From NCBI GenBank assembly GCA_964035545.1, contig OZ037765.1, positions 34,471,504 through 34,535,503 of the forward strand: 64,000 nt of DNA. Reading direction: 5' to 3'. Origin of the DNA: Bugula neritina (Eukaryota; Animalia; Bryozoa). The notes under the pieces were generated by a model. It made no database searches and was not told the origin of the DNA. It saw only the letters and a list, made by a program, of their open reading frames with translations. Made by a program: the position numbers and the translations under genes. This document shows, one piece after another, positions 1-13,388 of this stretch. Position 1 is the stretch's first letter, and every line of letters starts with the position of its first letter.

Positions 1-993
1 ATCTACAACAACAGTGTATAGGGAAATTATTAGTATTACGAAATCTGTTTTGGCTTACTTTGCTATGCCAGTATTCTGACTTAGTTTTGTTATAATCAAC
101 TATGTCGGCAGTTAAAACTGAGGGTGATTTCATCAAAGGTGGACATTGCTGAGGCCTTAGAACATCAAATCAACCAGTGCTGTTACTTGGTTGTATTGTA
201 AAGCAGTAGTGAGAGCATAGCACACTATCACAGTCACTGAGCTGCAATGACAGTATGTAAGGCACGTCAAAACACTAGCCTAGTCTCTGTTAGTATGTAG
301 AGCAGTAGCACAGTTACAGCAGTCACACCACCCCTCTCTATCCTGTCTACCAAGTACAGAGGTTGCAATAATGATAATCATTTCATGATTTAGTTTTAAA
401 TCAATGCATACTATTAAATACATTCTCATAGTCTAATGTAATAAATTATAAAAAAGTTGTTTAACATGCACATTACAAGTGCATTAGCCTACGCTAACTA
501 TAAATTATTTGCTTGTGTACCCGCACTATTATTTTATTTTAAATTTGTAAAACAGTAGCTTTTTACTCTGTCACATATTCATCTGCATTGGATTTAAATG
601 CACAGCTATTAGCAATAGATAATGTAAAAATTTTGTATAAAAATGAGTATTAGCATGTAGTGCCTTGCATGTGGGTCTATATTGTTTTGACGTGCCTTAT
701 ATAAGATAATATAATAGAACTGACGAGTTTGGTGTAGCCACTGTCATTGCAGCTCAGCGACTGTGATAGTGTGCTATGCTCTCACTACTGCTTTACAATA
801 CAACCAAGTAACAGCACTGGTTGATTTGATGTTCTAAGGCCTCAGCAATGTCTACCTTTGATGAAATCACCCTCAGTTTTAACTGCCGACATAGTTGATT
901 ATAACAAAACTAAGTCAGAATACTGGCATAGCAAAGTAAGCCAAAACAGATTTCGTAATACTAATAATTTCCCTATACACTGTTGTTGTAGAT
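1..993. mobile_element. Long inverted repeat / foldback or MITE-like element (left end probably outside window)
   Basis: 1-254 is a near-perfect reverse complement of 740-993. A second short inverted pair lies at ~255-274 / ~682-701. The spacer is AT-rich and non-coding. Confidence 0.75.
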
Positions 994-1632
994 GACTACA
1001 GCAGGAACAGACTATAAAACTCAACCCAAAAGGGGTGTGTGCCAACTCTAAAATATCACCATTATAGCTTAAATAAAACTCTACATTTTCAAATGCAAAT
1101 GCATTATTAGGCCAATCAGATACAAACATCAACTTATCGTGTGAAATCCTGCCAATCAGAATTGTTTAAAAGCTGCCAAGCTTCAAGTCTACCCAACTGC
1201 CAAAAACAACCAGCTCATTCACCACTATGTCAATAAAAAAACCATTAAATGTGTTTGCCAAAACAGCTGGGGTTGTGGTCAAACTGCACCAGGGTATTTG
1301 TGCAAGAATAAAAATTTTAATTGCATTTTTTGAGCACTTAATTTAAACATTTTGAAAAATGAACTCATGGTTCATAAATTTAAGATATGAAATAAAATAA
1401 TGCATGTAATAAAAGTTGCACAGCTATTTTCTAAAAGTATGCATTTTGCATTTGAACTTGCAGAAGTTTATATAAGTTATAGTGGTGAGTATTCTAGAGT
1501 TGGTACAAGGTACTAAATGTACCAAATTTACATCGTCTATTAGCATAATCAGGCAACAACCTGAAGAGTGATACTGAGGGGAAGTGTTACTGCAGCCACT
1601 TCTGTATGCTACGCCTTTTATTTCTCATTCAG

Positions 1633-4500
1633 ACAAAGACGTGGAAGCAGGAGCACCTCTAGTCAATCAAGGCTACCCGCCCCAACAGCCACAAGTTTTA
1701 ATCGTAGGAGCCCAGGTAACGGTGATTGATCTAATTTAAAGTTGTTAGCAGTTGAAACCATTATGATAAATGAGGTACGTTCCACCTTTCTGCAGAGTCT
1801 GAAGTAGCTGCTATGAGACGGTGATAAGTACAGTGTATACAGTGTGTGTGTTCTACCATCATCTGTGTGAAATGGTAAATATATGGTGCCTGCAGATTAG
1901 CCTGTGTTGCGATGGTGGGCGTGTTCTATAGAATATTTGCTGCTGAGCAGTACTAAGACAATAATATTATTGTAGTAGTAGCATGAAGGCAGTTGGTTAG
2001 TATAATGTAGCACACAAGTGTCCTTAGTTCGTGTTCTATGAAAGCAGAAACTCCCGGCAGAAAGGCACTAGCTATTGGAAGCCTAAGACTAAAAATAAAA
2101 TCGAAAGTCCAACCCTCTCTCCCAACTATCCATCTTCTGGTTTACAAATGGTCACCTAGCAACTACGTTCATATGTTAATGTAACCTCCAGAGTATGCAA
2201 CCTCCTGCAGCCCCTACCAAGGGGCTATGTTATGCTGCTCAACTGGAATAGAACAAATCGGACAACTCCAAACAATATGCAAAACTAATAAACATTGTTA
2301 TGAAGATGGTGCAAAAATACAGTGAATAGTACAGGCTTCAGCCTAGCAGTTTAAATAAACATATAAATAATATAGTAACTTAAATGTAGTGGCATTAGAA
2401 TAATTATAGTTAGAATCTTAATTATTTAAATGACTTCATTTAACTGCCAGCATAAAGCATCTCTGTTAGTGTCACCATATTGATTAGTCTAGTCTGCTAT
2501 ATCATCGAGAACACCACATATCATGGACTTCGATGAAACTTGACTATAAAACTGCTAGCTGCCAATTTTCGGGTACAAAAAGTATTTCTGAATATGATTT
2601 AAAACTTTTAATTATACTTTTTTTGACAAATTATCTACTCTCCAAACTCCCTCAGTTGCAAGATAAAAGTGGCAGCATGTATAGTATCACACCACTCAGT
2701 ATAATAATGCTGCCAGCAGCAAGGTCTAACTTTTTCAGACCTAAGGCTATGAAATTATATTGATTTATAACAAGAACTTGACATTGTTATTGAGTAGTTA
2801 AAGCCACACACTCGCAGTCAATGCAGATCTCAACTTAGTGCTTCAACTCTTGTTTTATCTGATGTCTATGAATGAGACCGGCTCCTTAGGGAAATGTTAG
2901 CAGCAGTAGGTTGTGTTGAAGCTGACCTGTACCACCATAAGAGCAATAATGGTGTTAGCACTGTGACCATCAGAGCATGGGGGTATCAGCACCCCTTCAC
3001 CCTTCATGTATTCAGTAGACTGCTGTGCCTCTCAGTCTAATAGTTTTGCAGCAGCACTGGTATAATATAGTATGAAGGAGAAAGAGAACGCTATAGGTGT
3101 ATCAGCCAGTAAGCCGCTCAGAGCCAGACATCAGATTGGTCTGGAGGTTGGTCTGGAGGTCTGGAGGTCTGGTCTGGAGGTTGGTCTGGAGGTCTGGTCT
3201 GGAGGTTGGTCTGGAGGTTGGTCTGGAGGTTGGTCTGGTCTGGAGGTTGATCCGGAGGTCTGGAGGTCTGAAAGCTGGTCGGAAACTAAAGGATTAAGAA
3301 TATCTGTGGTTAAATTCTCTTCACTAGTTGATTTAAAGTTTTAAATGGAAAGCAGTTGATGGTTTATGCATTGAACTGGAATATTATTTCCAGTTCAGTG
3401 GATGTATCTGTCTACTGCACATGATACTATGTTCTGACCCCAACACTGGTAGTCTGTGTAGACTGAGGTCATGTTAGCATCTTTCGTTCAATAGATGGGG
3501 ATGGTGACCTTCTGCCCCTTTATATTACAAGAAAGTTGATGACACACACAGATGCTTGTTGTATATTATGTTCTATGAATGAGAAAGTGTACTGTTACTA
3601 AAGTTATATATTTGTATTACATAATTATTTCTGTTAGTATATTCAATAACTAACACTCTGTTGGCAAGCAGTAGAAATATTTGCAGTTTGATACAGTAGT
3701 GTTTGGTAACCTTGGTGATAGGTGAATAACCTTGACCTGTACTTGTAGAGGCTGAACCACCCGGACTATCTCGGATTCTCCATATTCAACTTCCTATGCT
3801 GCTGTTGCTGCATTGGCATCGCTGCTCTCGTCAAATCTTGTTCGGTGAGAGATGCAAATGACAGAGGTGATCCCAACGCCCAGTCTCTATCCAGAGAGGC
3901 TTTGACCTTGAACAAGGTCGCTCTTGGTAGGCGGAGCTAAGCACTATCATTATGGCATATTCTAGTATATATAATATACTGTAGCTATTGTTAATTGGTC
4001 TCGTAACCACGAGAATGAATGAAATGGCATGGGAAAAACACAATCATATTGACAAGATTGTGAAACTCTGTAAATTCTCCTAAATGTGATGATAAAGTAG
4101 ATAAATAAAGAAAACCTATTTGGGTAGAGTATGTCAAATAATATAATGAAATAACATACAGCTTAATTGATGATCTACTTATTATATTGTAGAAAGACAA
4201 CTCCAAATTTGTTTATCAATTTCACACTAAAAATACTTTAGCCCAATTACAGTAAAACATTGTGCGTTGCTTTTGAAATGTTTGCATAAAAATCTGGAAT
4301 ACTAGAATTTTCAATTCAAAATTACTTCATTCAAAATGATTTATTGTCAATTAGATTAAAACTTTTGTGTGTTTACAGGTATTGGCATAGCATTCCACCT
4401 GATATGGATAGCAATCCTGGTAGCCCTTGTGGTTACTGGTATTGTGGTGCTGGGTGGTACGGCTAAGGCTCTCAACAGTTATGGTTATACCAGCGGCTAG
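1633..4500 (+). CDS. CD225/dispanin (IFITM/PRRT-like) membrane protein; first exon unresolved
   Basis: Phase-compatible exons 1633-1715, 3749-3926 and 4379-4500 give ...KDVEAGAPLVNQGYPPQQPQVLIVGAQ-RLNHPDYLGFSIFNFLCCCCCIGIAALVKSCSVRDANDRGDPNAQSLSREALTLNKVALG-IGIAFHLIWIAILVALVVTGIVVLGG...*. This matches the CD225 pattern (P-D-Y-L..S-I-F...CC...G..A...S..V......GD....S..A) followed by a C-terminal TM helix. Confidence 0.85.
3136..3272. repeat. GGTCTGGA(GGTT) short tandem repeat in dispanin intron
   Basis: Degenerate 8-12 bp units; explains ORFs 3072-3344 and 3097-3297. Confidence 0.9.
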
Positions 4501-6242
4501 ATGTCAAGGACACAGCTAAAAACTACAGCTATTCTCTGGTATTTTATTGCGTCACGTCTTGTATAACCTTGACACTGTACTGTGAACACAGAACTCAGTC
4601 TATAATATAAGAGCTAAGCCTACTGTTATCTGGTTACAATTATTACTCTTTTTAAATTTTACAGTTTTTGCAAGTTGGAAAATTTAGGTTTATAAATACA
4701 TAATGCAGACTCAATTCTCATGGAGTGTGTTGAGTTGATATAGCTAGTAATTGTGTAGCTGTCAATAAAGTAGTTGGTTATGTTATTGTCATGTCTAGTC
4801 TAATAGTTTTGCTTTGCTGTTGTTTTACAATCTGAGTAATATGAACATACACATTGTTATATCTTCCCGTTGTACAATAAATTGAACTAATATTGATTGC
4901 ATATTGATTAGCTATTGATTTGAAGTATACTTAGAATAACAGGTTACTATCACATTATACTCAGTAGCTGTGTGGTCCCTGTACCTAGGTGAAAGTGTAA
5001 ATGGGGAGTTGTGAAACCTCTGATGTATAGGCTGCATATAAAACATATTAATTTGTTAGTAAATTAGCTGATCAGGTTTTATAATAGCTTACTGGGTATT
5101 TTCCTAAATACTAATAAAATGAAGCTATTAGGAGTTGTCACATCTGCTTCAGCTGTGTACAAGAAAATCTAGAAGCATTTTTATATTAAATATAATCCCA
5201 ACACACTGCATCTTGTACAAAGGAGAATAAATTTTATGTTTCATCGTGGAGACACAATATTCTTCCTTCTGTACAAAAGAGTCTCTGTAGACTTAATATT
5301 GTTTTCAAGTTGTCTTTCCTAACATAGCTTCAGTATTACACATCTTTGTAATAGACAATACAGCAATGCATGTATTAAAGTGTGATGCTGTTTCAATACT
5401 ATACTACTACAGAAGTTGAATACTATCAGCGCATATTAGATTCTTATTTATATAACAATCATAACTAACAACTAATGTGTATTATTTACTGCATCTATAC
5501 TACATGCATGCAGGGTTTACAAGCCATCTCAACTTTGTACCTTAAAAAGTCCTGAAGACTATGTGTTTAGATAAGCTAATATATGAGCAAAAGCTGTAAA
5601 TAAAAATGATAATCAAGAAGGTAACATATTTTTAAAATTAAATAGGAATAGTGGAAAATACTGCATGAATTTATTAATATATTGAAATTAAATTGGGAGT
5701 TTGTTATTTCTTAATGTAATCAGAGCCGAAGCTAACTATATGTCTCACTAAAACACATTAAAATAATATAAAGATTATATAAAGACAAAATATAAACTTA
5801 TAGTAAATGGTTGTATTATATTTGTACTTTACTAATAACTTAAGCTATAACGTGAAGTTGTACTTTATATTTGTGTCATGTAATGCAGACGATACGGTAT
5901 AAGGGATAAATCACTTGACTGCTGTAAAAAGACGTATAGTATACTGTAACATAATATACTGAACGTGGCCAGTAGCTCATCTGCTGCTGGACTACAGTAA
6001 CAACAAACTAAATATCATGCTGCCGTGAGACAGACATTTTGGTTACCCTTATTTAGATCAGCATGAGAGTAGGAACACAAGGCAGCAACAAACTGCTGCT
6101 GTTAGGAGGACTTTTGCAGATTTAGTGGCTCAATAGCTTTAATAATATAATGTAGTCATATATTGTATTATAATGTAACATATTATACATAGTGATGCAA
6201 TAATAATAACTAAATATTTATATATGCTTTCTATTAAATATT

Positions 6243-6306
6243 TTATTGTCTATGATAATCGTCATATTATAGCCAATAATAATATGACGATTATTATAGA
6301 CAGTAA
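6243..6306. other. ~64-nt near-perfect hairpin
   Basis: tgtctatgataatcgtcatattat...ataatatgacgattattatagaca are reverse complements with one mismatch and a short loop. Confidence 0.7.
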
Positions 6307-8182
6307 GTTTATTTTGTTAGGAAACGAAATGCACCGAAGTACAAAAATAGATTTTAGGGCTCGTGCAAACCTTCAATAGACATTCCTACAATTTGTAAGA
6401 AAGGTTAAACTTATAATTGTAAATCCCGAAATGTCACATTGATTACATTCATAAAAATTATGCGCTTCTACTTGTCATTGCATAGGATGTTATTACTGGA
6501 ATGCAGTTACAATGTTATCTATAAATTGAGTCGAGCAATTACCATGTCAATCAGCATCGCTTGACTCGTCTCAACAGAGAACTTAGGGGGCGCTTCATAC
6601 GTCCCCAACCCTTGAATAATATTTTTAAATATGCAGCAATAATTAGCAGCAGAGTAATTAGAGTTTACAAGATAATGCAGGCCATTAGAGACTCAAGTAT
6701 TAACACGCATTCACTCCCTCCAGTTTCTCTGTCAGCTGAAATGATAGTCAATGTATTTCTATCATGCTAAATACATGCCAAAAACACATGCCAAAACTTA
6801 GTTAGCAATGCGTTGTTGGTATAGCCATATATTATTATTAATTGTGAGCAAAATATGTTTGTATTCTATTAAATTTCAAGTGATGTTTATAGCATCCATG
6901 TAAAATTTATTCATATTTATTTTTCAAGCTGCTATTTCGGTAGTTAAAAGCACTTTAACTTTTAACCCAAATTGGATTTACTTCAGAAATTTATAGATTT
7001 ATCATTTTCAATTCAAGTTGTGAGAATGGAAACTATACTATGCGTTGTAATCTTGTAACCAATTAGAAAGTTTGCAGCAAAATGTTTTAGATTTCAAAGG
7101 CTATCTGGTAATTAGTTTGCCACTTACACCCTCAACTTTGACTTTCAAAGTCCAACCCTGGCATTGGATACAATATTTTAAAAGATTATACTTTAATTAT
7201 TCTCAATTTGCAAGGCTTTCATCTGGAGTATAAATAGCTTACCGGGTTGTTTACTGCTGCGTGCTATTGTGTTGCTGGTCTAAAGTGAATTGCTAAGGAG
7301 CTTGCAGAGAAATCCCTCTAGCATCTCGGGATGATAAACCCTTTAACAGAACAATGTTAAACTGCTATTCGCTCACATCTCAAACTTCAACAGCCTAATC
7401 CAATATTTTCCACTTTGATCTATAACACTATCACTTTATTGGGCCGTAGGGGTAGGGGGTGGATGTAGGGGGTTGCTCATATAGGGGGATATGTGGGAGT
7501 TTATGAAGGGGTGGATGTAGGGGTGGATTTTAGGATATCAGAGTGATGTGAAAGGGGTGGGGCATATTATATTGTCAACAACAACAAAAATGGTGCAGTT
7601 GATTAGGATAAAAGTAAGGGTGTTTGTTATTTTGAGAGCTTGCAGCATAGCGTAGTAACTGCATGATATAATGATATTATACAACCATATATTGAATATT
7701 CATTACTGCCTCCTCTTCCTACTAACACAACAGTACTGTGTAAGTACATTATTTAATAGAACTTTCCCTCATGCATAGTTCTACTCTATCTAAATTTAGT
7801 ACATACAAACATTATTCTTCTTCAACATTTAGTGTTTATTTGAAATTTAGTTGTTGTTTGTTTTTATTGTCACTCTGCCCCAACAATACCACCGAGGGCT
7901 ACCTCTAGTCAGCCTCTATATCAGTACATAGTTGGATAGCCAATCACAAAGCAGCTTATTAAAAGGAAGTAAGCAGGATGATCATGTGACCAGAACTCCG
8001 CCAATGGAAGTTGATTTATAATATCGGCCTCTGCCCATGTTGGACACAACGCATTACGATAGCTATGGTAAGTATATGAATACTTGTATGAGTATATTAT
8101 ATTATAATATTATATTATTATATTATTATATTATCATACTCATTATTCGAGTATGTTGTGTTGACATAAATTTACTTGTACA

Positions 8183-8260
8183 TGTGGTGTGCGCTGTGTG
8201 TGTTGTGTGGTGTGCTGTGTGGTGTGCTGTGTGGTGTGCTGTGTGTGTGCTGTGTGTGTG

Positions 8261-8317
<57 letters not shown>

Positions 8318-8603
8318 GTGTGTGCTGTGTGTGCTGTGTGCTGTGTGTGTGTGTGTGTGTGTGTGCTGTGTGTGTGGGTGTGTGCTGTGTGTGTGTGTGT
8401 GTGTGTGCTGTGTGTGTGCTGTGTGTGTGCTGTGTGTGTGTGTGTTGTGTGTGTGCTGTGTGCTGTGTGCTGTGTGTGTGCTGTGTGTGTGTGTGTGTGT
8501 GTGCTGTGTGTGTGCTGTGTGTGTGCTGTGTGTGCTGTGTGCTGTGTGTGTGTGTGGGTGTGCGCTGTGTGTGTGCGCTGTGTGTGTGCGCTGTGTGTGT
8601 GCG

Positions 8604-8642
<39 letters not shown>

Positions 8643-8721
8643 GTGTGCTGTGTGTGTGTGTGCTGTGTGTGTGCTGTGTGTGTGCTGTGCTGTGTGTGTG
8701 CTGTGTGTGTGTGTGTGTGTG
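8183..8721. repeat. Interrupted (TG)n microsatellite
   Basis: ~540 bp of TG with C interruptions; source of five spurious CV/HT-repeat ORFs. Confidence 0.97.
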
Positions 8722-9802
8722 TTAGAGTTCCGGTTGTGAGTTGGTAGCAACAAGTCAACCAGGACTGGGCTAATTGAGGTGAGCTAATTGTAGTAAAGGG
8801 TGTCTCCTGCCTTCAGTTAGTTAGCCCAAGTGTTTTTTATTCTCTTTATTGTGTCATTTTGTCTCCTTGATTTGGAAAACTGGGGCTAATTTATATCTAG
8901 ACCTGTGACTTTGAGATATCTCGGCAGACGTGTCATGTTTCTATTCACAAATATTATGACTCATCCCCAGGTATCGAATATGGTAGCGTATTTCCTCAGA
9001 CTACTACGCTGTCCATTCATTCAGGCTATGAACAAATATGTAAAGAAAATTCAGTTGATTTCTCTAAATAAAGCTTTTTTAGAGCAATATTTGATTTTAT
9101 CAAATAAGTTACAGAGAAGAGAGGTGCTATATGTATTATCTGAGGTTGTTTCAAGTTACCTTTGCAAGGCTGCAGCCTTTGAGCCAGGGAAGTAGTTGAG
9201 TTGGACACAGCAGAGTTTATAAAAGCCTGAAAAATTAATTGATTAAGATTGTAGCACCGCATAGTTTCTATAGAGTCTATTATAAAAGCCTTAGCTTGAT
9301 AAAAGCTATAATTCTCCCACATAAACACCAGTTACTATAGGCCTCTACTTGAAAGTGTTGAGTTTCTGTTAAAATTTAGTAAAATAAGTTTCAGTAAAAT
9401 AAGTTTCAGTAAAATAAGTTTTAGTAAAATAAGTTTTAGCAAAAATAAGAATCACTACCAGTCAATTTGGTCAGTAAGTATAATAAGTTATGTTATTAGA
9501 CATTTCACACGATATGTGGTTATGATTATACCATGTTATGTTATGTCATGCTCATTCAGTATTGTTACTAACCTATAATTAACCAGCCATGGGGAATTTT
9601 ACAAAATAATATGGGGGCTCTGCTTTCAAATTTTTATTGATAAATACGTTTTTGGGAGGTAACTGTGACGTTGACCTCGACGCTTAGTGCATAATATGCT
9701 GTTAAATGGTTAGTGCATTGTTAGTTTTACATGCTGAGAATAAACAAACAATTCAAGTACAGTGTAATAATCGTTGTGGCACTGCAATTATAATGGACTA
9801 AG

Positions 9803-9843
9803 TCCCGCCCCCTTAATTTCAGGTCGTCTGCTTTAGTATATAA
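9803..9843 (+). promoter_or_regulatory. Putative neurogenin core promoter (GC box + TATA box)
   Basis: CCCGCCCC at ~9804 and TATATAA at 9837-9843, ~100 bp upstream of ATG 9943. Confidence 0.55.
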
Positions 9844-9942
9844 CAGGCACACGCTACTGTATCGATTCAAAAACCATTTAATCTCATTAGAGCAGACATC
9901 GAATTAGCTGCGTTGGGAGCACGAGACAGAAGTTACAAGGTG

Positions 9943-10945
9943 ATGGCTGAACTAAGAAATATTCTACCAAACTCTGACAGTACTGATGGCATACAGTTGA
10001 AGGCAGATCATGATGCAAATAGAAAACCAAAGCGAAGAGCCCATAGAACCAGATCTCAAGACCCAGAAGCTCTAAAGCAAATTAAAAAGTCAAGACGTCA
10101 AAAAGCTAATAACCGGGAAAGAAATCGAATGCATGACTTAAACTCTGCTTTAGACATCTTGAGAGAGCTTCTCCCCCAGGGTTGTGACTCGGAGAACAAA
10201 CTAACAAAAATTGAAACTCTGAGGTAAGTTATCCTTTATAAAATGAAAAGTAGTTCTTATTCCAATTTTTATAAAGTTTGAATATTTTTGATAAGCTGTT
10301 TTTAAACATACAATTTAAATTTACTAAACTTATCGGTCAATTTTATACACGTGACTTTTCCCAAATGATTATTACTAAAGGAAAATTTGCCATGTTGTTT
10401 TCTTAAAAGATTATGCTATTTGTGTCAAATTTAGGTAATATGTTTTATAAACTCTACGAAAAAAAGTCAATTTTCTTAGAATAAATAAATATTCCGGAAT
10501 ATTCTGTAGGTATGCGAGAAACTACATAGAGGCTTTGCGTGAAGCCTTGAGGTTGATGGATGATGGAAGTGAGACCAGCACCACGGAGGCCTCGGAGCAG
10601 AGTCCCGACTACAGTTTGACACAGGACCCAAACTATACACCTGCCTACCAAACCTACCAGCTAACAGAGTCTGATAACCAGACTCCAGCTTTCAAGCCTG
10701 AGCCATCTTGGCAATACAGTGGCGTATCCAGCTGCTCCCAATATTCCCCTCAGTACTCCCCCCAGCTGCAGTTCTCTTCTTCCTACACTCCTTACTCGTC
10801 TCCCCCCAGCAGTAACAACACCGTAGAATACTACTCGGACACTCCTATGTGTAGCCCGCAGTCCATTACAGAATATGGGAAACTCTGCGATGTAGAGGAG
10901 TTTCACCCCTCTTACGCCCCTCCATCTTATCCTAACTTTTACTAA
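9943..10945 (+). CDS. Ngn: Neurogenin-family bHLH transcription factor, 2 exons, ~238 aa
   Basis: Exons 9943-10223 and 10510-10945 (AG|gtaagt...ctgtag|G). b[32 protein letters not shown]...[22 protein letters not shown] fits the neurogenin consensus; S/P/Y-rich C-terminus. Confidence 0.92.
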
Positions 10946-11894
10946 GCTCAAATACTACAAGATTTTGTATCATGTGCAAGTTTGGTGACTTTGGCTTTAC
11001 TTTATTTTCCTCTGTTTTTACCAATTTTTAAATTTACACAGTATCGTCTTCTCCCAATCTCACCAAAGTTGCTCATAGGTGAACATTTTGAAGTACTTTT
11101 GTTATTTATTATCAAGTATGCTGTGAAACTGTGCAATGTTTGGTATTTGTGTACAAATTAACATGCAAATACTTTTCTCACTTTTATACTGCCTAAAGGA
11201 CAAATTTTAGAGGTGTGAATCTAAAATTATTATATTATTTATTTTACATTCCTATAATTGACCAAATAATTAACCCTAATCTTGTTATACATGCCTCAAA
11301 AACTGACCTTTGTCTGCATTCTGCCCACCGCTACAGCAAACGTGCCCTTTCTGATCATGTGACAGTATACTTAGCTAGTAAACTAAAACATTCTGTTTTA
11401 TTGTTTTCATCGTGTATTTGTAAATATTTTTTATCCATTGCATTATATAATATTATGGCAAGTAGTTTTTATACTTGAATATAACACTTTGTAATATAAC
11501 TACCACTATGAGTCATACTTGAATAGCATAAAAATTGATCAGCTAATAAAATTAGTCAGCATTTAGAGATATCGAGGCAGCGAGTATTGATTTACCATTA
11601 GGGGATCAACAAAAGAAATGAAAATAAAATGAGTGTCTTTCAGTTTCCCATGTGAAGGTATAGAAGGTGTAAGTAAATATTAGTCACCTTTATTTGTCCT
11701 TGGGGGTTTTGCTGAGCTTAAATAATTAAAATATGAATTGATGCATCATCCCAACCTAAACATAATTCTTTGAGTTCACAGCTGAATGGGTGAACAGAGA
11801 GAAGAGTACTGACTGTGGGAAAGTGGTTACAGGAAAAGAAAGAGAACAAGCGGAGCTTTGAGCTTATAAATTGTACATGTAATTACTACTGTGT

Positions 11895-11973
11895 GCCACC
11901 AATAGGGAGGGGAGCCACCAATAGGAAGGGGAGCCACCAATAGGGAGGAGAGGCACCAATAGGGAGGGGAGGC
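11895..11973. repeat. 4 x ~19-bp CCACCAATAGGGAGGGGAG tandem repeat
   Basis: Directly visible tandem copies. Confidence 0.85.
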
Positions 11974-13214
11974 TGGACCATAAATAAACCCTTTGATTGG
12001 CTCAGTTATAATAATGTTTTACTTTGAAACTAAACTTGCTAATAACAACAACAGAGCTTATAGTTATGTAACTTAACAAGAGACTTGCAATTTTCTAAAT
12101 ACATGTTTAATAGTATTATCCCCCCCCCCCCCTTGTAATGTTGTTGTTCTTTTTGAACCACTCTAGAGTTACCAGTCAGACTACTTTTTCTTGATATTGG
12201 TTAATTTGTAAATCTCCAATACCTGCAAGACACATTGCCTTTAACAAGCAAAAGTGATGTAAAATGTCACGGAACCTGTGCGGACAAGTGAAGCTACAAG
12301 TAAAATAATATATAGTAAAAAAAAGTAACAAATAATGTGATCATTAAATACAGTAAAGTGTAATTTACATACAAAAATTATATATTACAAAACAATAGAA
12401 TAAACAATAGAATGATTTACATATAATATTATTTTCTACTCTTGCATAATATAATATATTACTAACATACATGAAATGCAACATTATGTGTTTTTTAAGA
12501 TATTGATAATAATATAATCATATTGAGAAATGCCCCATATCACTTGTTAGAAAGTGGTGAGTGTGTAGTAGTGTGTACCAGTATTATCAAGGTACGCTCA
12601 GTACACTTAATATGCTCATCTGATACTGTAGTTTAATAATTACCATATCATTGTAACAAATAGCTGCAGTATGAAATCACATTCCCTTACTTTGTCTACC
12701 GCTGCTGCCGGGCTGCCTGCCCTGGCGTAAGAGTCAGCTATCAAGCTGTGCACGAGCTAACTTCAAAACATTGTTAATTAATTCAGCCCAGCATGTCGCG
12801 TGTTTTTTCATTCTTAGATAGATACAGGGTAGCAGCAGCTAGCTATGGTGTGCAGGTCGTAGGTGTGTTTGTTATTAAACTGTGAAGTGTGCTCAGGTCA
12901 AACAGTGCTCTGTTAATTTAAACCTGCTCAGAATTTGTGAAGACTTGTATTTTAGCGGAATATTAAATACTTGAGCACGAGTTTGGTGCTCTACCTCTTA
13001 TCGCAGCTCTGTGCTGCATATATCTGCATTTAGTACTTACAAAGTTAGATATTACAAGCTAATAACATGTTTAGCAGAAGGATTTTTATCAAGTAAAAAC
13101 AAAGAAAACTTACAGCTTTGTCAAATAATGTAAAAGCTTTGAAATATCAAAAGTTAATGGTACAAGAATAGCAGCTTCTGATTTTGTTGAAAGTTGCAAG
13201 TTTCTATGCACAAT

Positions 13215-13388
13215 GCTGTAAGCGTAACTGTAAGTGTACACTGTAAGTGTACACTGTAAGTGTACACTGTAAGTGTACACTGTAAGTGTAGCTGTAAGTG
13301 TAACCTACACAATGCTGTAAGCGTAATTGTAAGTGTAACTGTAAGTATATACACTTACAGTGTAACTGTAAGTATACACTGTAAGTAC
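13215..13388. repeat. 12-13 bp TGTAAGTGTACAC minisatellite
   Basis: Directly visible tandem copies. Confidence 0.85.

Noticed and set aside
8037-8758. Cys/Val- and His/Thr-rich ORFs
   Set aside because: Translations of a (TG)n microsatellite.
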